Positions 23,184-37,700 of a stretch of 64,000 bases of DNA are shown here, piece by piece; the stretch's first letter is position 1, and each line of letters starts with the position of its first letter. A program made the position numbers and the translations under genes. The stretch is taken from the NCBI GenBank assembly GCA_013265495.1, contig MU057724.1, positions 248,001-312,000 of the forward strand, written 5' to 3'. The notes below the pieces were generated by a model. That model did no database searches. It was given only the letters and a program-made list of their open reading frames with translations, and was not told where the DNA came from. The DNA comes from Vicugna vicugna (lineage: Eukaryota).

Positions 23184-25322
23184 TCAAATGATCTGCTTCT
23201 TCTTGATTCAGTTTTGGTGGACTGTATGTTTCTAGAAACTTGTCCACTTCTAAGTTGTTCAGTTTATTGCCATATAGTTGTTCTTAGTATTCTCTTATGG
23301 CTTTTTGTATTTCTGTGGTGTTCATTGTAATCTCCATTTTTATTTCTTATTTTGTTTATTTGTATGCTCTTTTCTCTTCTTGGTGAGCCTGGCCAGAGGT
23401 TTGTCGATTTTGTTTACTCTCAAAAAAAAACAGGCTTTGGTTTGATTGATTTTTTTTCTATTTTTTTTAATCTGTACTTTATTTATTTCTTCCCTGATCT
23501 TTATTATTTCTTTCCTTCAGCTGACTTTAGGTTTTGTTTGTTCTTCTTTTTCTAATTCTTTTAGGTGGTAGGTTAGGTTGTTAATATTTGAGATTCTTCT
23601 TCTTTTTTGAGGAAGGCCTGTATCGCTATGAACTTCGCTCTTAGGAATGCTTTGCTGCATCCTATAGATTTTGTGTGGTTGTGTTTTCATAGTCATTCAT
23701 CTCAAGGTATTTTTTAATTTCTTCTTTGGTTTCATCATTGACCCATTGGTTTTTTTAGTAGTATGTTGTTTAGTCTCCATGCTGTGGGCTTTTTTCTCAT
23801 TTGTTTTTCTGTGGTTGATTTCTAGTTTCATGCCATTGTGGTCAGAGAAGATGCTTGGAATAATTTCTATCCTCTTAAACTTGATAAGCTTCTTTTTGTG
23901 CCTGACTATGTAGTCTATCTTAGAGAATGTTCCATGAGCACTTGAAAAGAATATATATTCTGTTTTGGGGGGCATGTGAGGTCCTAAAAATAACATCCAA
24001 GTCCAACTGTTCTATTTTGTCATTTAGTATCTCCGTTGCCTTATTGATCTTCTGTCTGGAACACCTGTCCAATGAGTTAGTGGGGTATTAAAGTCTCCTA
24101 CTATTATTGTATCCCCATCAATTTCTCGCTTTATGTCTGTTAGTATTTGCTTTATATATTTAGTTGCTCCTGTACTGGGGAGTATATATGTTAATGAGTG
24201 TAATATCCTCATACTGTATTGCTCCTTTGATCATTACATAGTGTCTTTTATCTTTCATTATGGCCTTTATTAGAAAGTCTATTTTGTATTACCTCAGTTT
24301 CTTTTTGGTTTTTGTGACTATTGTATGCTTTTGATATGTGGTTACCCTATTTTTCACATATGTTAACCCGTTACTATATCTGTTTGCTTTAGACTGGTAG
24401 TCATGTAAGCTTAAACACATCCTAAAAAGAAAAAAGGAAAAAAGAAAAGAAAAATGAAAAAAAGGAGAGGAAAAAAAGTATATTTTCTGGCTCCTCTCTC
24501 CCACCTTTTATGATTTTGATGTCTTTTTTTTTTTTTTTACATCTTCACGTTTATTCTCTTGCAACTCATTGTAGTTGTCACATTTCCAAATATGGTTTTC
24601 TTGTTTCTATAGCTTCCTGCTTCTTTTCTATTTAGAGTAGACCTGTCAATATTTCTTTTAAGATGGGTTTAGTGTTGCTAAACTCTTTTAGTTTTTGCTT
24701 GTCTGTGAAGTTCTTTATCTCTCCTTCTACTCTAAAGGATAGTCTTGCCAGATAGAGTATCCTAGGTTGCAGCTTTTTCTCATTCAGGACTTCGAATATA
24801 TCTTGCCACTCCCTTCTGGCCAGCAGTGCTTGTGTAGAGAAATCAGCTGAAAGCCTTACAGGGATTCCCTTGTAACTAAATCTTTGTTTTTCTCTTACTG
24901 CCTTTAGAATCCTTTCTTTATCTTTAACTTTGGCCATCTTAATTATAATATGTCTTGGTGTACATCTGTTTGAGTTCTTCTTGTTTGGGACTCCTATACT
25001 TGAATATCTGTTTCCTTCTTTAGGTTTGGAAAGTTTTCAGTCATGATTTCTTCAAATAACTTTTCAATCCCCCTTTGTCTTTCTTCTTCTGGGACCCCTA
25101 TTGTGTATAGATTGGCATGCTTTATATTATCCCATAGGGCCCTTATATTGCTTTCATTGGTTTTCACTTGTTTTTCTGTATGCTGCTTTGATTAAGTCAC
25201 ATCTGTTATCCAGTATTCTGAATCACTTATTTGTTCCTCTGCATTGTCTAGTCTGCTTTTGACTGCCTTTAACTTGGCTCTTATCTCAGCCATTGGGTTT
25301 TCTGTTTTTAATTAGCTTCTCT

Positions 25323-25990
25323 CTTTTTTAAATTTTACTGAGTTATAGTCAGTTTACAATGTTGTGTCAATTTCCAGTGTAGAGCACAATTTTTCAGTTC
25401 TGTATGAACATACGTATATTCATTGTCACATTCTTTTTCACTGTGAGCTACCACCAGATCTTGTATATATTTCCTTGTTATACAGTATAATCTTGTTTAT
25501 CTATTCTACATATGCTTGTCAGTATCTACAAATTTCGAACTCCCAGTCTGTCCCTTCCCACCTCTCTCCCCCCGGCAACAAGTTTGTATTCTATGCCTGT
25601 GAGTCTTTCTGTTTTTTATTTTATTTTATTTTATTTTTTGATTGCACATATGAGTGATCTCATATGGTATTCTTCTTTCTCTTTCTGGCTTACTTCACTT
25701 AGGATGACATTCTCCAGGGACATCCATGTTACTGAAAATGGCATTATGTTGTTGTTTTTTTATGACTGAATAGTATTCCATTGTATAAGTATACCACATC
25801 TGTATCCAGTCATCTGTTGATGGACATTTAGGCTGTTTCCATGTCTTGGCTATTGTAAATAGTGCTGCTATGAACATTGGGGTGCAGGTGTCTTTTTGAA
25901 GTAGGGTTCCTTCTGGATATATGCCCAGGAGTGGGATTACTGGGTCATATGGTAAGTCTATTCCTAGTCTTTTGAGGAATCTCCATACTG
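25323..25990 (-). mobile_element. 5'-truncated young L1 3' end nested in the older L1, with target-site duplication
   Basis: Flanking TAATT(A/G)GCTTCTCT at 25309-25322 and 25991-26004. [20 protein letters not shown] peptide. Same 3' UTR family as 48828-49397. Confidence 0.85.
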
Positions 25991-27799
25991 TAATTGGCTT
26001 CTCTTTATAGTTTCTAATTCCTTTTTATAGTATTCTCTGTCTCTATTCATAATCTCTTATTTCCCTCAGTGCTTTTATCACCCCCTTTTTGAGTTATGAT
26101 CTAGTAGACTTTCGAGGTCTATCTCGTTCATTCTTTCAGGGGAATTCTCTTGTTCTTTTATTGGCAGTGGTTCTTCTGCTTCTTCATTTTACTTATATTT
26201 TTCTCTGGCTCTGTGGTATCAGTTATCTTCTGTGGTCTTGAAGGGCTTTTGTTTGTTTGTTTGTTTTCATTTAAAGTGGGAGCATTCCTGTGTAGACTGT
26301 GTGCATCTAATACTTTTGTTGTGATGGCTCTTCTTGATATAGATGATTGTCACGTTTTTCTTTCATGTGTGTTGGCTGTTATCCCTTTAATTGGGGGTGT
26401 GATTGGTGCTGTGGTGATCAGGGCCAGCCCTGGTTGTTGTTAAGTGGGGCCTCCTTTTTTGTTCTGTGGTTGTCACAGCCTTGACAGGGGCTAGGTCTGC
26501 TCCCCTGTTGCTGGAATAGAGGTTTCTAGACCTGTTTCTGAGCTGTGGTGTGTGGTAGGCAGGGTTGAAGTCCTTCGGCTGGGAAGAAGAGTTGTTGAGT
26601 ATACCTCTGCAGGAGATGCCCACTGGGAAGTGCCCTCTGTGGTGTTGTCTGTCACGTGTTATGCAGGCTTACAAAGTACTCTTTGTTGATGCTGCCTTTG
26701 TCCCCACCTTAGCTGTGGGAGTGTCGGCCACCCACTCTGGTGTCCCCCAGGTTCTGGGCCCTTGGAACCACCAGTACAGATCTTCCAATGTCAGGTGCTA
26801 CGACCCACCATAGCGAGCATGCAGTCACACTTCTGAATCCGTCATGTGCCACAGGATCAGCACAGACCCCAGCCCCGCTTCTGCATATGGAGTGATACTC
26901 TGGCCTGCTGTAAATACCGATACTATCCCCAACAGTGTACCCTGAACTCTGCTCACTGCCTGTTGGTCCCAAAGGCACAGGTTCACAAAGACACCAGTGG
27001 AGCAAATGCACCCTCTCTTCCTGGGGCTGTAAACAAATCTCAGTGCAGCCTGTGAAGCTGTAGGACCCCTGGGTATGGACTGGGCTTTCAGTCCCGCCTC
27101 TGCACGGCAGCAGTGGCTATGACTGAGCCCCACCTTTCTTCTCGTGAGAACATAACCAACAGTGGAGCCAAATGGAGACAGGGGCTATGGTGAGGCTGTC
27201 TTGTGCCCCTCCCCCACCCCAAGCAGACCAGCAGTGGTGGTTTTTTATGGGGGTTCCAGGCTGTTCTGTTCCACACACACCCCCTGCCAGATCTCACACC
27301 GCCTTCCAGTCCCCTGAGGTTGCCTCTTTGCAGTGGGCCCCAGCCCTCTCCCTGGGCTGATCAGTGATCTCCAGCAGCCAGTTATGGCTTGTCCCTGCCG
27401 GCTCGCATCTAGGGCTGGGGATTGCAGGAGCCCTCCATGCAAGTTCCTCTTAGTTCTGTCTGCCAAGCAGCTACCACTCTCTCCTCTGAGCCTCAGAAGC
27501 TCAGCTTCTGTCCCCAGTGACCTCCTGACTTTAGAGGGGGCATCCTAGCATGAGGGTGCCTTTCTTCTTTTGCCACTTCCTCCCCATGGGACCAGTCCCA
27601 TACCGATTTTCTTCTACTTTTTCTTTTTTTCTCTTACTGGATTTTGTGAGAATCCTCCTATATTTCAAAGCGAGAAACACTTGCCAGAGTTCAGTAGGTG
27701 TTCTGTGCAATTCAGTGGGTCTGTAGATGTAATTCTTGGTGTATTTGTGGGAGAGGGCAAGCTGTGAGTCTCTCTACTCTGCCATCTTGGCACCTCCCC

Positions 27800-30700
27800 C
27801 TATTTTTAGTTTTTTGAGGAACCTCCATACTGTTTAGCATTGTGACTGCACCAATTTGCAATCCTACCAATTTACAGCCCCACAGTGTACTAGGATTTCC
27901 TTTCTCCACATCCTCGCCAACTTTTTTATTTGTAGATTTTTTGATAATAGCAATTTTGACAGGTGTGAAGTGTTACCATCTCATTGTGTTAAAATTTTTA
28001 TATAATTTTTAAAGGTTACATTTATTACAAAATACTGGCTATATTCCCCACATTGTATAATGCATCCTTGAGGCTGTCTTACACCCAGTAGTTTGTACCT
28101 CCCACTCCTCCACCCCTTTATTGCCTTGCCTCTTCCTCACTGGTAACCACTATTCAAATATAAGTGATATCATGCAGTATTTATCTTTCTCTGTCTGACT
28201 TATTTCACTTAGCATAATGCCCTCCAAGACCATCCATGTTGCTGCAAATGGCAAAATTCCATTCTTTTTTACTACTGAGTAGTATTCCATTGTATAAATA
28301 TGCCACATCTTCTTTATCCAGTCATCTGTTGGTGGATGCTTAGGTTGTTTCTATCTTAGCTATTGTAAATAATGCTACTGTGAACACTGGGGTGTATGTA
28401 TCTTTTTGAACTAGTGTTTTTTGTTTTGTTTTGTTTGTTTTCCAAATATATACCCAGGAGTGGAATCTTTGGATCATATGATGGTTCTATTTTTATTTTT
28501 TGAGAAACCTCTATACTGTTTTTAGAATGGCTGCACCAGTTTACATTTCTACCAACAGTGCACAAGGGTTCTCTTTTCCCCAAGTCCTTGCCACTTTTGT
28601 TATTTGTAGACTTTTTGATGATGGCCATTCTGATAGTTATGAGGTGATATCTCATTGTGATTTTGATTTGCATTTCTATGATGATTAGCAATTCTGAGCA
28701 CTTTTTTCATATTCTTGTTAGCCATCTGTATATCTTCAGAAAAACGTCTGTTCGGGTCTTCTCTTTGGTAAAATATAATACAAGTAACTTTTTTATTGAA
28801 GTATAGTCGATTTACAATGTTGTGTTAATTTCTGGTGTACAGCATAGTGATTTACTTGTGTGTGTGTATACACACGTATATTCCTTTTCATATTCTTTAT
28901 CATTATAGGCAATTACGGGGTACTGAATATAGTTCCCCGTGCTGTACAGTAAGTCCATGCTGTTCTCCTCATTTTTTAATTGTGTTGTTAGTTTTTTGGT
29001 TATCGAGTTGTATGAGCTGTTTATAAATTTTGGATTGTAACATCCTACTGGATATATCATTTGCAAGTATTTTCTTCCATTCAGGAGGTTGTCTTTTCAT
29101 TTTGTCAGTGGTTTCCTTTGTTGTGCAAAAACTTTTTAAGTTCAACTAGGTTCCATTTGTTTATTTTTGCTTCTGTTTATTTTGCCTTAGGAGACATATC
29201 CACAAAAGTATTGTTTCATGCCAGAGTTTTCTGTCTATATTCTCTTTTAGGAGTTTTATGGTTTCAGGTATTACATTTAGGTCCTTAATCCATCTTGAGG
29301 TTGGTTGGTTGGTTTTTTGTACATGGTGTGAAGTAATGTTCTAATTTCATTCTTTTACACGTAGCGGTCCAGTTTTCCCAGCACCAGCACCACTTATTGA
29401 AGAGACTGTCTTTTCTCCATTGTTTATCCTTACCTACTTTGTCATAGATTCCTTGATCATAAGTGTGTTGTTTATGAACTCTTTATCTTGTTTCATTGAT
29501 TAGTGTGTCTGTTTTTGCACCAGTACTATGCTGTTTTTGATTCTTATAGCTTTGTAGTATAGTCTGAAGTCTGGGCATGTGATACCTCCAGCTTTATTCT
29601 TTTTGCTCATTATTGCTTTGGCAATTCAGGGTCTTTTGTGATTCTGTATACACTTCAGAGTTATTTGTTCTATTACTGTGAAAAATGTCATGGACATTTT
29701 GATAATGATTGCATTAAATTTGTAGATTACTTTGGGTAGTATGGCTATGTTAACAATGCTATTTCTTCCAACCCAAGAACATGAAGTATATGGGGAAGCA
29801 AGGTATAGCTTAGTGGTAGAGTGCATGCTTGGCATGCATGGCATCCTGTGTTCAATCCCCAGTACCTCCTCTGGAATGAATGAATGAATAAATAAACCAA
29901 ATTACCTCCCCCCACCAAATAAATAAATTAAAAGGACATGCATTTTTTAAAAAACTTTAAAAAAATAACATGGGGTGTCTTTCCATTTCTTTGTATCATT
30001 TTCAACTTCCTTCATCAATGTTTAATAGTTTTTAGAGGAGTATAGTTCTTTCATGTCCTTGGTTAAGTTTATTCCTAGTTATTTTATTCTTTTTGATGTG
30101 ATTGTAAATGGGATTGTTTCCTTAATTTCTTGTTCTGATTTGTTCATTATCAGTGTATAGAAAAGCACCAGATAACTGTGTAGTAATCATCTATCCCACA
30201 ACTTTGCTGAGCTCATTGATTAGTGCTAATAGTGTTTAGGTGGAGACTTTAGGGTTTTCTGTATAAAGTGTCGTGTCATCTCTAAATAGTGGCAGTTTTG
30301 CTTCTTCCTTTCCAACTTGGATGCCTTTTCTTCCTTTTTCTTGTCTGACTGCTGTGACTAGGCTCCCAGTACTATGTTGAATAGAAGTGAGAGTGGGCGC
30401 CCTTGTCATCTTCCTGATTTTAGAGTAAAGGCTTTCAGCATGATGTAATTTGTCTTAAATTTATTGAGACTTGCTTTGTGGCTAGCTACCCTGAAGAATA
30501 TTCCATGTGCTCTTGAAAAGAATGTGTATTCTGCTGTTTTTGGAGGAATGTCTTGTAGATACCCATTAAGTCCAACTGGTCGGTTGTCATTAAAAACCAA
30601 CGTTGCCTTTACTGACTTTTCTGTCTGAATGATCTGTCCATTGATATAAGTAGGGTGTTAAAATCCCCCCTCATTGTTTTATCAGTGTCTCCATTTATGT

Positions 30701-33505
30701 CTTAGTGTTTGCTTTATAAAATTAGGTGTGTTTATATTGGGTGTGTACTTGTTACTGGGTGTAATACCTTGTATTGTCTCCTTTATATAATGGCATCCTT
30801 TGCCTTTTGTTGTAGCTTTTTTGAAGTCTATTCTGTCTGTGAGTATTGCTACCCGAACTTTCTTGTCATTTCCATTTGCATGAATTATCTTTTTCCATAC
30901 CTTCACTTTCAGTCTGGATGTGTTTTTAGCTCTGAAGTGCATCTTTTGTAAGGGGTATATAGTTCGGTCTTGTTTTTCATCCAGCCACTCTTTGTCTTTC
31001 GAGTGCAGCGTTTAGTTCATTGACATTTAATTACTGCTGGTTATGTATTTATTGCTATTTTATTACATGTGTTCTGGTGGTTGTTGTAGTTCTACCCTGT
31101 TTTTTCTTCCTTTTAGTTTCTTCCCTCATAGTTTGATTTTTTTTGTTTTTTGTTTTGTTTTGAGTGGTATGGTTGTGTTTCTTTCCCTCTTGTTTTTGTG
31201 TATCTATTGTAGATTTTTTATTTGTAGTAACCGTGGGCTTCCTGTATGTTGACCTATATCTACTTATTTTTAAACTGGTAGTCCTTTAAATTCAAACACA
31301 TTCTAAAGATCTACATTTTTTACTTTCTTCCCCCACACTGTGTTTTGATGTCATTATTTTATCTTCATTTTTATTCTTTTACTGATTATTGTAGTTATAC
31401 TTGATTTTACAAATTTTGTCTTTTAATCTTCATACCAGCTTATTTAAGTGGTTGATCCTCAGCCTTTAATATATGTCTTTACTAGTGGGATTTTTCCTTT
31501 CTTTAGATACTCTTGTTATAGTCTTTTCTTTCCCACTTAGAGACCCTTTTTTTGTGAGATCAGTTTAGTATTGCTGAACTAGTTTTTGCTTCTCTGAGTT
31601 CTCTCTCCAATTCTAAATGATAATCTTGCTGGGTAGACTATCCTAGGGTGCAGGTTTTCCCCTTTCAGTACTTTAAATATATCATCATGCCACTCCCTTC
31701 TGCAAAGTTCCTGGAGGAAAACCAGCCAATATGGGGATGGGGATGGGGGGTGTGGGGGGGTCTTTTTCTCTTGCTGCCTTTAGAATTCTCTTTAAATTAG
31801 TCTTGTTATAGAGTCTGTTTGTGTTCAGATTATTTGAGACCCTCTGTGTTTCTTGTACCAGGATATGTTTCTTTCTTTAGGCTTGGGAAGTTTTCAGCCA
31901 TGATTTTATTAGGCACGTTTTCGAACCCTCTCCCCTCTTTCTCCTCCTTCTGAGACCCCCCCCCATAATGTGAATGTTGGTATGCTTGATGTTACCCCAA
32001 ATATTCCTTAAACTGTTTTTTCTCTTTGCTGTTCTGATTGGGTGATTTCAGTGATTCTGCCTTCCACATCACTTACACATCTTCTCTGTCAATCACCTAG
32101 TCTGGTATTCATTCTTTCCAATGTGTTTTTTCATTTTAGTTAATTGAATTATTCGTTTCTGCTTGGGTCTCTTTTATAATTTTCTTGTTCTTTCTTAAAA
32201 TTCTCACTGTGTTCACCTATTCTTTTCCCTAATCTATTAGCATTCTTAGTGCTAATGCTTTGGGTTCTTTATCTAGTAAATTGTTTCATTAATTGCTTTT
32301 TACAGGTGTTTTCTCTTGCTCTTTGAACTGACACAAATTCCCCCATCTTCTCATTTTGCTTATCTTTCTCTGTCTCTGTGAAATTTGGTGCAACAGTTAC
32401 CTATCCTGGTCTTGAAGAGGTGTCCTTGTGTGGGAGTGTCCCTGCACAGTCTGTGTGCTCAGTGGCATTGATGGAAAAGCTGGATTTGATGTGAACACAA
32501 TTCACATCTTCCCTCAAGGTGTGCTGGCAGCTATCACCTTGGTCTGTGGCAGGGCTTGAGACGGCAGGGCTAGGGCTGGGGCCAGGTGTGAGGCGGGGCT
32601 TCCCCTCTGCTCAGTGGCCATCACGCCCTGTCAGAGGCAGGCTCAGGCCCCAAGTTGTAGCAGAATCCCTGAAACTCAGGCCCAAGATCTCTCAGTTCCC
32701 TTTAAGGGTGTGCTTTCCCTTCTCCCAGCACTGGCTACCGCAGCCCCAGAGGGGACCAGTGCTGGAGTACAAAGTGCTGGTGTGGGTATTTGGTGAGGGT
32801 CAGGGCATTGGTGTGGCAGTCTGGCTGCCGTCAGAGGCCCAGTCTGCCTCTGAGGCACTGCCTGTGCATCACCAGCCGTGGCTGTCCCGCTCCCTGCTCA
32901 GATGCCACCTAGGGCTTAAGCCACCACAGTTTCTCATGGCCAAGCTTCTCCTTGGTCATGGCACCTCTCTATTGTGGAGCTGTGATGCAAACTGCTAGAA
33001 CATCAACTTGGCCCAGGCTGGGGTGCACGTGGAGTTGGCTATAGGAAACCAGTCAGCTGGCAGCGTGGTTTCAGTTTGCTTTTCTGCCCACGCTGGGACC
33101 CAGCAAGTGTTCACACATGCCTCACCAGCAGAGTCCAGGCATCCCACAGCCCTCCTGCTAGTCCCGCTGGCCATCCAACCAGCCAAGGGGGCGCTTCCAT
33201 GTGTCAGACCCCAAGGCTGGGAGGGTTCCAATATGTGGCTACAGAGGTGCACTCCCCAGGGGGCATGTCTGCCTGAGTCATCTCCCTTTTCTTCTGAGTC
33301 CCTCCCAGGGGCACGGGTGCCAACCTGATCACTTCTCTTACCTTCCTACCTGAGTCCATGTGGCTCTTTCTAGAGGCCTTGGTTGTACAGGAGTCTTTCT
33401 GCCACCTCCAGTTTGTTTTCAGTGATAATTTCTCCGTATGTAGGTATATTTTTGATGTGTTCATGGGGGGAGGTCAGTTCTGTGTCCTCCTATTCCACCA
33501 TCTTG
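27800..33505 (-). mobile_element. Cluster of further minus-strand L1 elements (several nested 3' ends plus one long element with GC-richer 5' UTR)
   Basis: ORF2-like peptides ([36 protein letters not shown]). caagatggtgg 5' end near 33500. Confidence 0.85.
29792..29965 (+). mobile_element. tRNA-Ala-derived SINE (Vic-1-like)
   Basis: gtatagcttagtggtagagtgcatgc...gttcaatccccagtacctcc followed by aataaa-rich tail. Confidence 0.85.
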
Positions 33506-33514
33506 ATTTGAGTC

Positions 33515-36500
33515 ATTGCTATCAGCTTAAAATTTACTGTTCTATCTACGAGATGTTTTATGTAAGTCCTATGGTAACCACAAAGGGCAAAGGGAAAACA
33601 GAACATATCACCTCAGAAAGTAACAAATTTACAAAGGCAGCAAGAAACAGAGGGAAAGAAACAATGGAAAAACAAAACAATCAGAAAGCAAATAGTAAGA
33701 TGGCAGCAGTAGTTAAGTCCTTACCTATCAACAAATACTCCAAATGCAAATAGGCTGAGAGGCACAGAGCAAGTAGCTACAGTGTAAAAGACCCAACTAC
33801 ATGCTGCCTACGAGAGACCCACCCGAGCCTTCAGGACGCACGTACACGCAAAGTGAAGGGATAGGAAAAGGTATCCCATGCAAATGGAAACAGCAGCCGG
33901 CGGGGCAGGATACATCTGTCAGACAAAATACACTTAAAGACGCACATGGTAACAAGAGACAAAGGAGGTCGCTATCAACGATACAAAGATCAGTCAGTCA
34001 AGTAGAGGTAACAATCATTATAGAGCATATATGCACCCAACCTGGGAGCACCTGAATGTATTAAGCAAATACTAATAGAAATGAAGGGGAAATAGGCAAC
34101 TATACACTACACTAATTGTGGGGAACTTCAATACTATACTTTCAACAAAGGGTGGATGACCCAGAAAGGAAATCAACAAGGAAATAATGGACTTGAACCA
34201 AACAATAAACCAAATTGACCTAACAGATAACTACAGAACATTCCATCCGCCAGCAGCAGGACACACTTTCTCACAGCACATGATACCCTCACAAGGTCAG
34301 ATCATGTGACCAGGCACAAAGTAAGTCTCAGTAAATCTGAAAGACTGAAATATTAAGTATCTTTTCTGACCACAGTGGTATGAAACTAGAAATCAACAAC
34401 GTGGAGAAAGCTGAAAAATCTACAGATAAGTAGAAACTAAACAACAAGCAACCTATTGATTGTTCAGGAGTGTATTAAGTCAAAAAAAAAAAAAAACAGA
34501 AGAAGAAATCAAAGGATATCTGCAAACAAATGAAAATGGAAACACAACATACCCAAACCTCTGGGACACTGCAAAAGCAGTTTGATGAGGGAAGTTTAAT
34601 TATAATTGCATATATTCATAAATTTTAGGATCACAAACAAATAACTTTATGCCTTAACTAGAAAAAGAAAAAAAGTAAGCCTAAAGTTAGCAGAAGGAAG
34701 GAAATAATAAAGCTCACAGCCAAAATAAATGAAACACAGACCAGTAAAATGATAGAAAAGATCAATAAAAATAAGGGCCGATTTTCAAAAAAATAAAATT
34801 GACAAACCCTTAGCGAGACTAAGCCAAAAGGGGAGAAGACTCAAATTCAGAAATGTAAGTAAGACAAGGAATTCCAATGGACACTAAAGAAATACACTGG
34901 ATTACAGATGCTGCCAGAAACAAGCATAAATCAACAAAGTGGACAACCTGGAAGAAACAGGTAAGTACACTAAGACTGCACCAGAAACAGGAAGTCTGAG
35001 CAGACCAGTAAGGAGTGAGGAGACTGGATCAGTAGTCAGCCTCCCGACACAGGAGACACCAGACGGCTTCACTGGAGAACCTGACCAAACCGTTAAAAAA
35101 GAATTAACACCAAACCTCCTTAAAAGCTTCCGAAAAACTGAAGGGGAGGGAGCACTTCTAAACTCATTCTACGAGGCCAGTGTTACCCTGATACCAAAGC
35201 CAGACAAGGACACCACAAGAGAAGTCTAGGCCCATATCCCTGATGAACATGGATGCAAAATTCCTCAAGACGGTTTTAGCCAACAAAACGTTAAGAATTC
35301 ATCAAAAGGATTATAAACCATGATCAAGTGGGATTTTTCCCTCAGATGCAGGGATGGTTCAACATACATAAATCAATAAATATGACTCACCATTAAACAG
35401 AATGAAAGATGAAAGTCACATGATCATCTCAATAGATGTAGACAAAGCCCTTGAAAAAACACAGTATGTTTTTATAATAATAAAAACCTGCAGCAGATTG
35501 GTTATAGAAGGAAAATACCTCAACATAATAAAAGCCGTATGTAACAAACCCACAGCTAACATTATGCTCAATGGGAAAAAAAATTAAAGCTTTTACTCTA
35601 AAGATCAGGAACAAGACAAGGGTATCCACTGCCCCAAAGCATCCAGCCCAGCACTGGAGGTCCTAGTGAGAGTAACTGAGCAGGAGAACAGGCGTCCAAA
35701 CCTGATAGGAAAAGGTAAAATCACCACTGCTTTCAGGTGATGTAAGTTACATGTTAAAAACGCCAAAGACTCAAAACTGGTGGCTTTAAAAAAATCGATG
35801 AATTCAGTAAATTTGCAGGATACAAAAACAAGCCTCACTTCTGTACACTGAGAAACATCTGCAAAGGAAATAAAACTATCCTGTTCACAACAGCATCAAA
35901 ACCAGTGAAATGCCTGGAATACAGGGATAAACTTAAGCAAGGAAGCAGAAGATCTGGAGTGAAAATCGTCAAGACTTCGCTGAAAGAGAACTCAAGAAGA
36001 CACACGTGGAGGGGCACCAGGAGAGCTGCTGTTGTTAAAGTCTCCATGTGACCCAAAGCCAGTGCGACCTCTCTACAAATCCCAATGGCATTTTTCACAC
36101 AAACAGGAACAAAAGATCCTAAATCTTGTATGGAACCAGGAAAGACCCTGAAGAGCCAAAGCAGTCACGAGAGAGGGAAACCGAACAAGAGGTATCACAC
36201 GCCCTAGTTTCAAACTATAGTGGAAGCAACAGCAATTAAACCAGTAGGGAACCAGCATAAACCAGACACACAGACCGAGGGAACAGAGAGACCCCAGAAT
36301 TACCCACCACGCACACGGTCCATGAGTGTCTGACACAGGAGCCAAGAACATCTAGTAGGAAGGGATAATCTTTTCAACAAAAAAGTTAGAAGTTAACACA
36401 TGCAGAAAAATGGAATCAGACACCTGTCTTATATCACTGAAAAAAATAACTTGAAACAGATTGGTTACTCGAACATGAAGACCCAAAACCATAAAACTCC

Positions 36501-37700
36501 TAGGGGAAAACACAGGCAGTAAGCTCCTTGACATGTGTCTCGGTGATGACTTTTTGGATTTCACAACAAAAGCAAAAATACACAAGTGCTACTACATCAA
36601 ACCAAAAAGCTTCTGCACAGCAAAGGAAGCCATCAACACAACGAAGCGGCAGCTACCAAGTGGGAGGAAGCATCTGCACACTGTGTATTTGCAGGGGATA
36701 AGATCCAAAAGAAGTACAAGACTCATACAATTTAATAGCAAAAGAACAAACAACACGATTAAAGAATGGACAGAGGATCCAAACTGAGACTTTCCCAAAG
36801 AACACGTGCAGGTGCCATCAGGTTCTGATCAGGGGATGCAAATCTACACACATGAGACACCACTTCACACCTGTCAGAATGGCTGTCATTGAAAAGACAA
36901 TACAGAAAGTGGCGGCAAGAATGTGGAGACGAGGAGTCACTGTTGGTGGGGATGTAACTTGGTGCAGCCAGTGGGAAACTTACTTCCTCAAATAATCACA
37001 GACATAACTGTCGTACGGTCTAGCAGTTCCGCTCCTGCGTTTTTACTCAAAGCAATAAAACCCTAAGCGGAAAAGCTGTACATACCCGTGTGCATCGCAG
37101 CACCATTAACAGCTAGTACGTGGATCGCCAGCCACGGGGTGGTGGACGGAGGAAGGTGGTCAGGTTTCCTTGCTCTCCAGAAGTCTGCGTTCCACCCCTG
37201 CACTTTCACTGACGGCCTACATTAGCACACTAACTGCTTTTCTCAGAAAAGTGGAACTCCTCTGGATTTCTCGTGGTTGGTGAAAACAGGTCCTAAGGGA
37301 GGACTTGTAAAAATGAAGTGGCATGACTTGAACTTCGGAAAAGTGGGGGATACACTTTGCTTTATACCAGGAATGCTCTACTTTGGGAAGCAGAGGAAAC
37401 TGTATGTATATCGGAATGTTATGCATTCATAAAAAAGGAAACCTTGCCATTTGTGACAACATGGATGGGCCTTAGGGGCATTATGCTCAGTGAAATACGT
37501 CAGAGAAAGACAGACAGGGCGTGACTTCACTTATGTGTGGAATCTGAAGAAAACAAGACAAACTCACAGTTAGAACACAGAAGATCTGTGGTTGTCAGAG
37601 GCTGGGGCTGAGGGTGGGCAAAACTGGTGAAGAGTCGGGAGGTGCACGCTTCCAGGTGTAAAGCAGGTCCTCAGGATGTAACGTCCATCACGACAAATAC
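33515..37700 (+). mobile_element. Degraded plus-strand L1 ORF2 and 3' UTR
   Basis: A-rich strand. RT-region peptides PDGFTGE...NSFYEASVTLIPKPDKD and HMIISIDVDKA...KPTANIMLNG. Confidence 0.9.
37217..37403. mobile_element. Probable TcMar-Tigger-type DNA transposon remnant inside the L1 3' end
   Basis: Non-L1 sequence interrupting the L1, ending in ...gaggaaactg-TA. Family recognised only loosely. Confidence 0.45.

Larger units (their letters stand above)
22495..27800 (-). mobile_element. LINE-1 (relatively young) with 5' UTR, ORF1 and endonuclease part, internally deleted, carrying nested insertions
   Basis: 5' end ggggaggtgccaagatggc at about 27800. ORF1 peptide KDKERILKAVREKQ...RLSADFS...QPRILY, ORF2 peptides TIIVGDFNTPL and FFSSAHGTFSKID, ORF2 C-terminal peptide at 22557-22841. 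Confidence 0.9.

Noticed and set aside
22155..37700. Intact, retrotransposition-competent L1
   Set aside because: ORF1 and ORF2 survive only as short peptides broken by stops, deletions and nested insertions.
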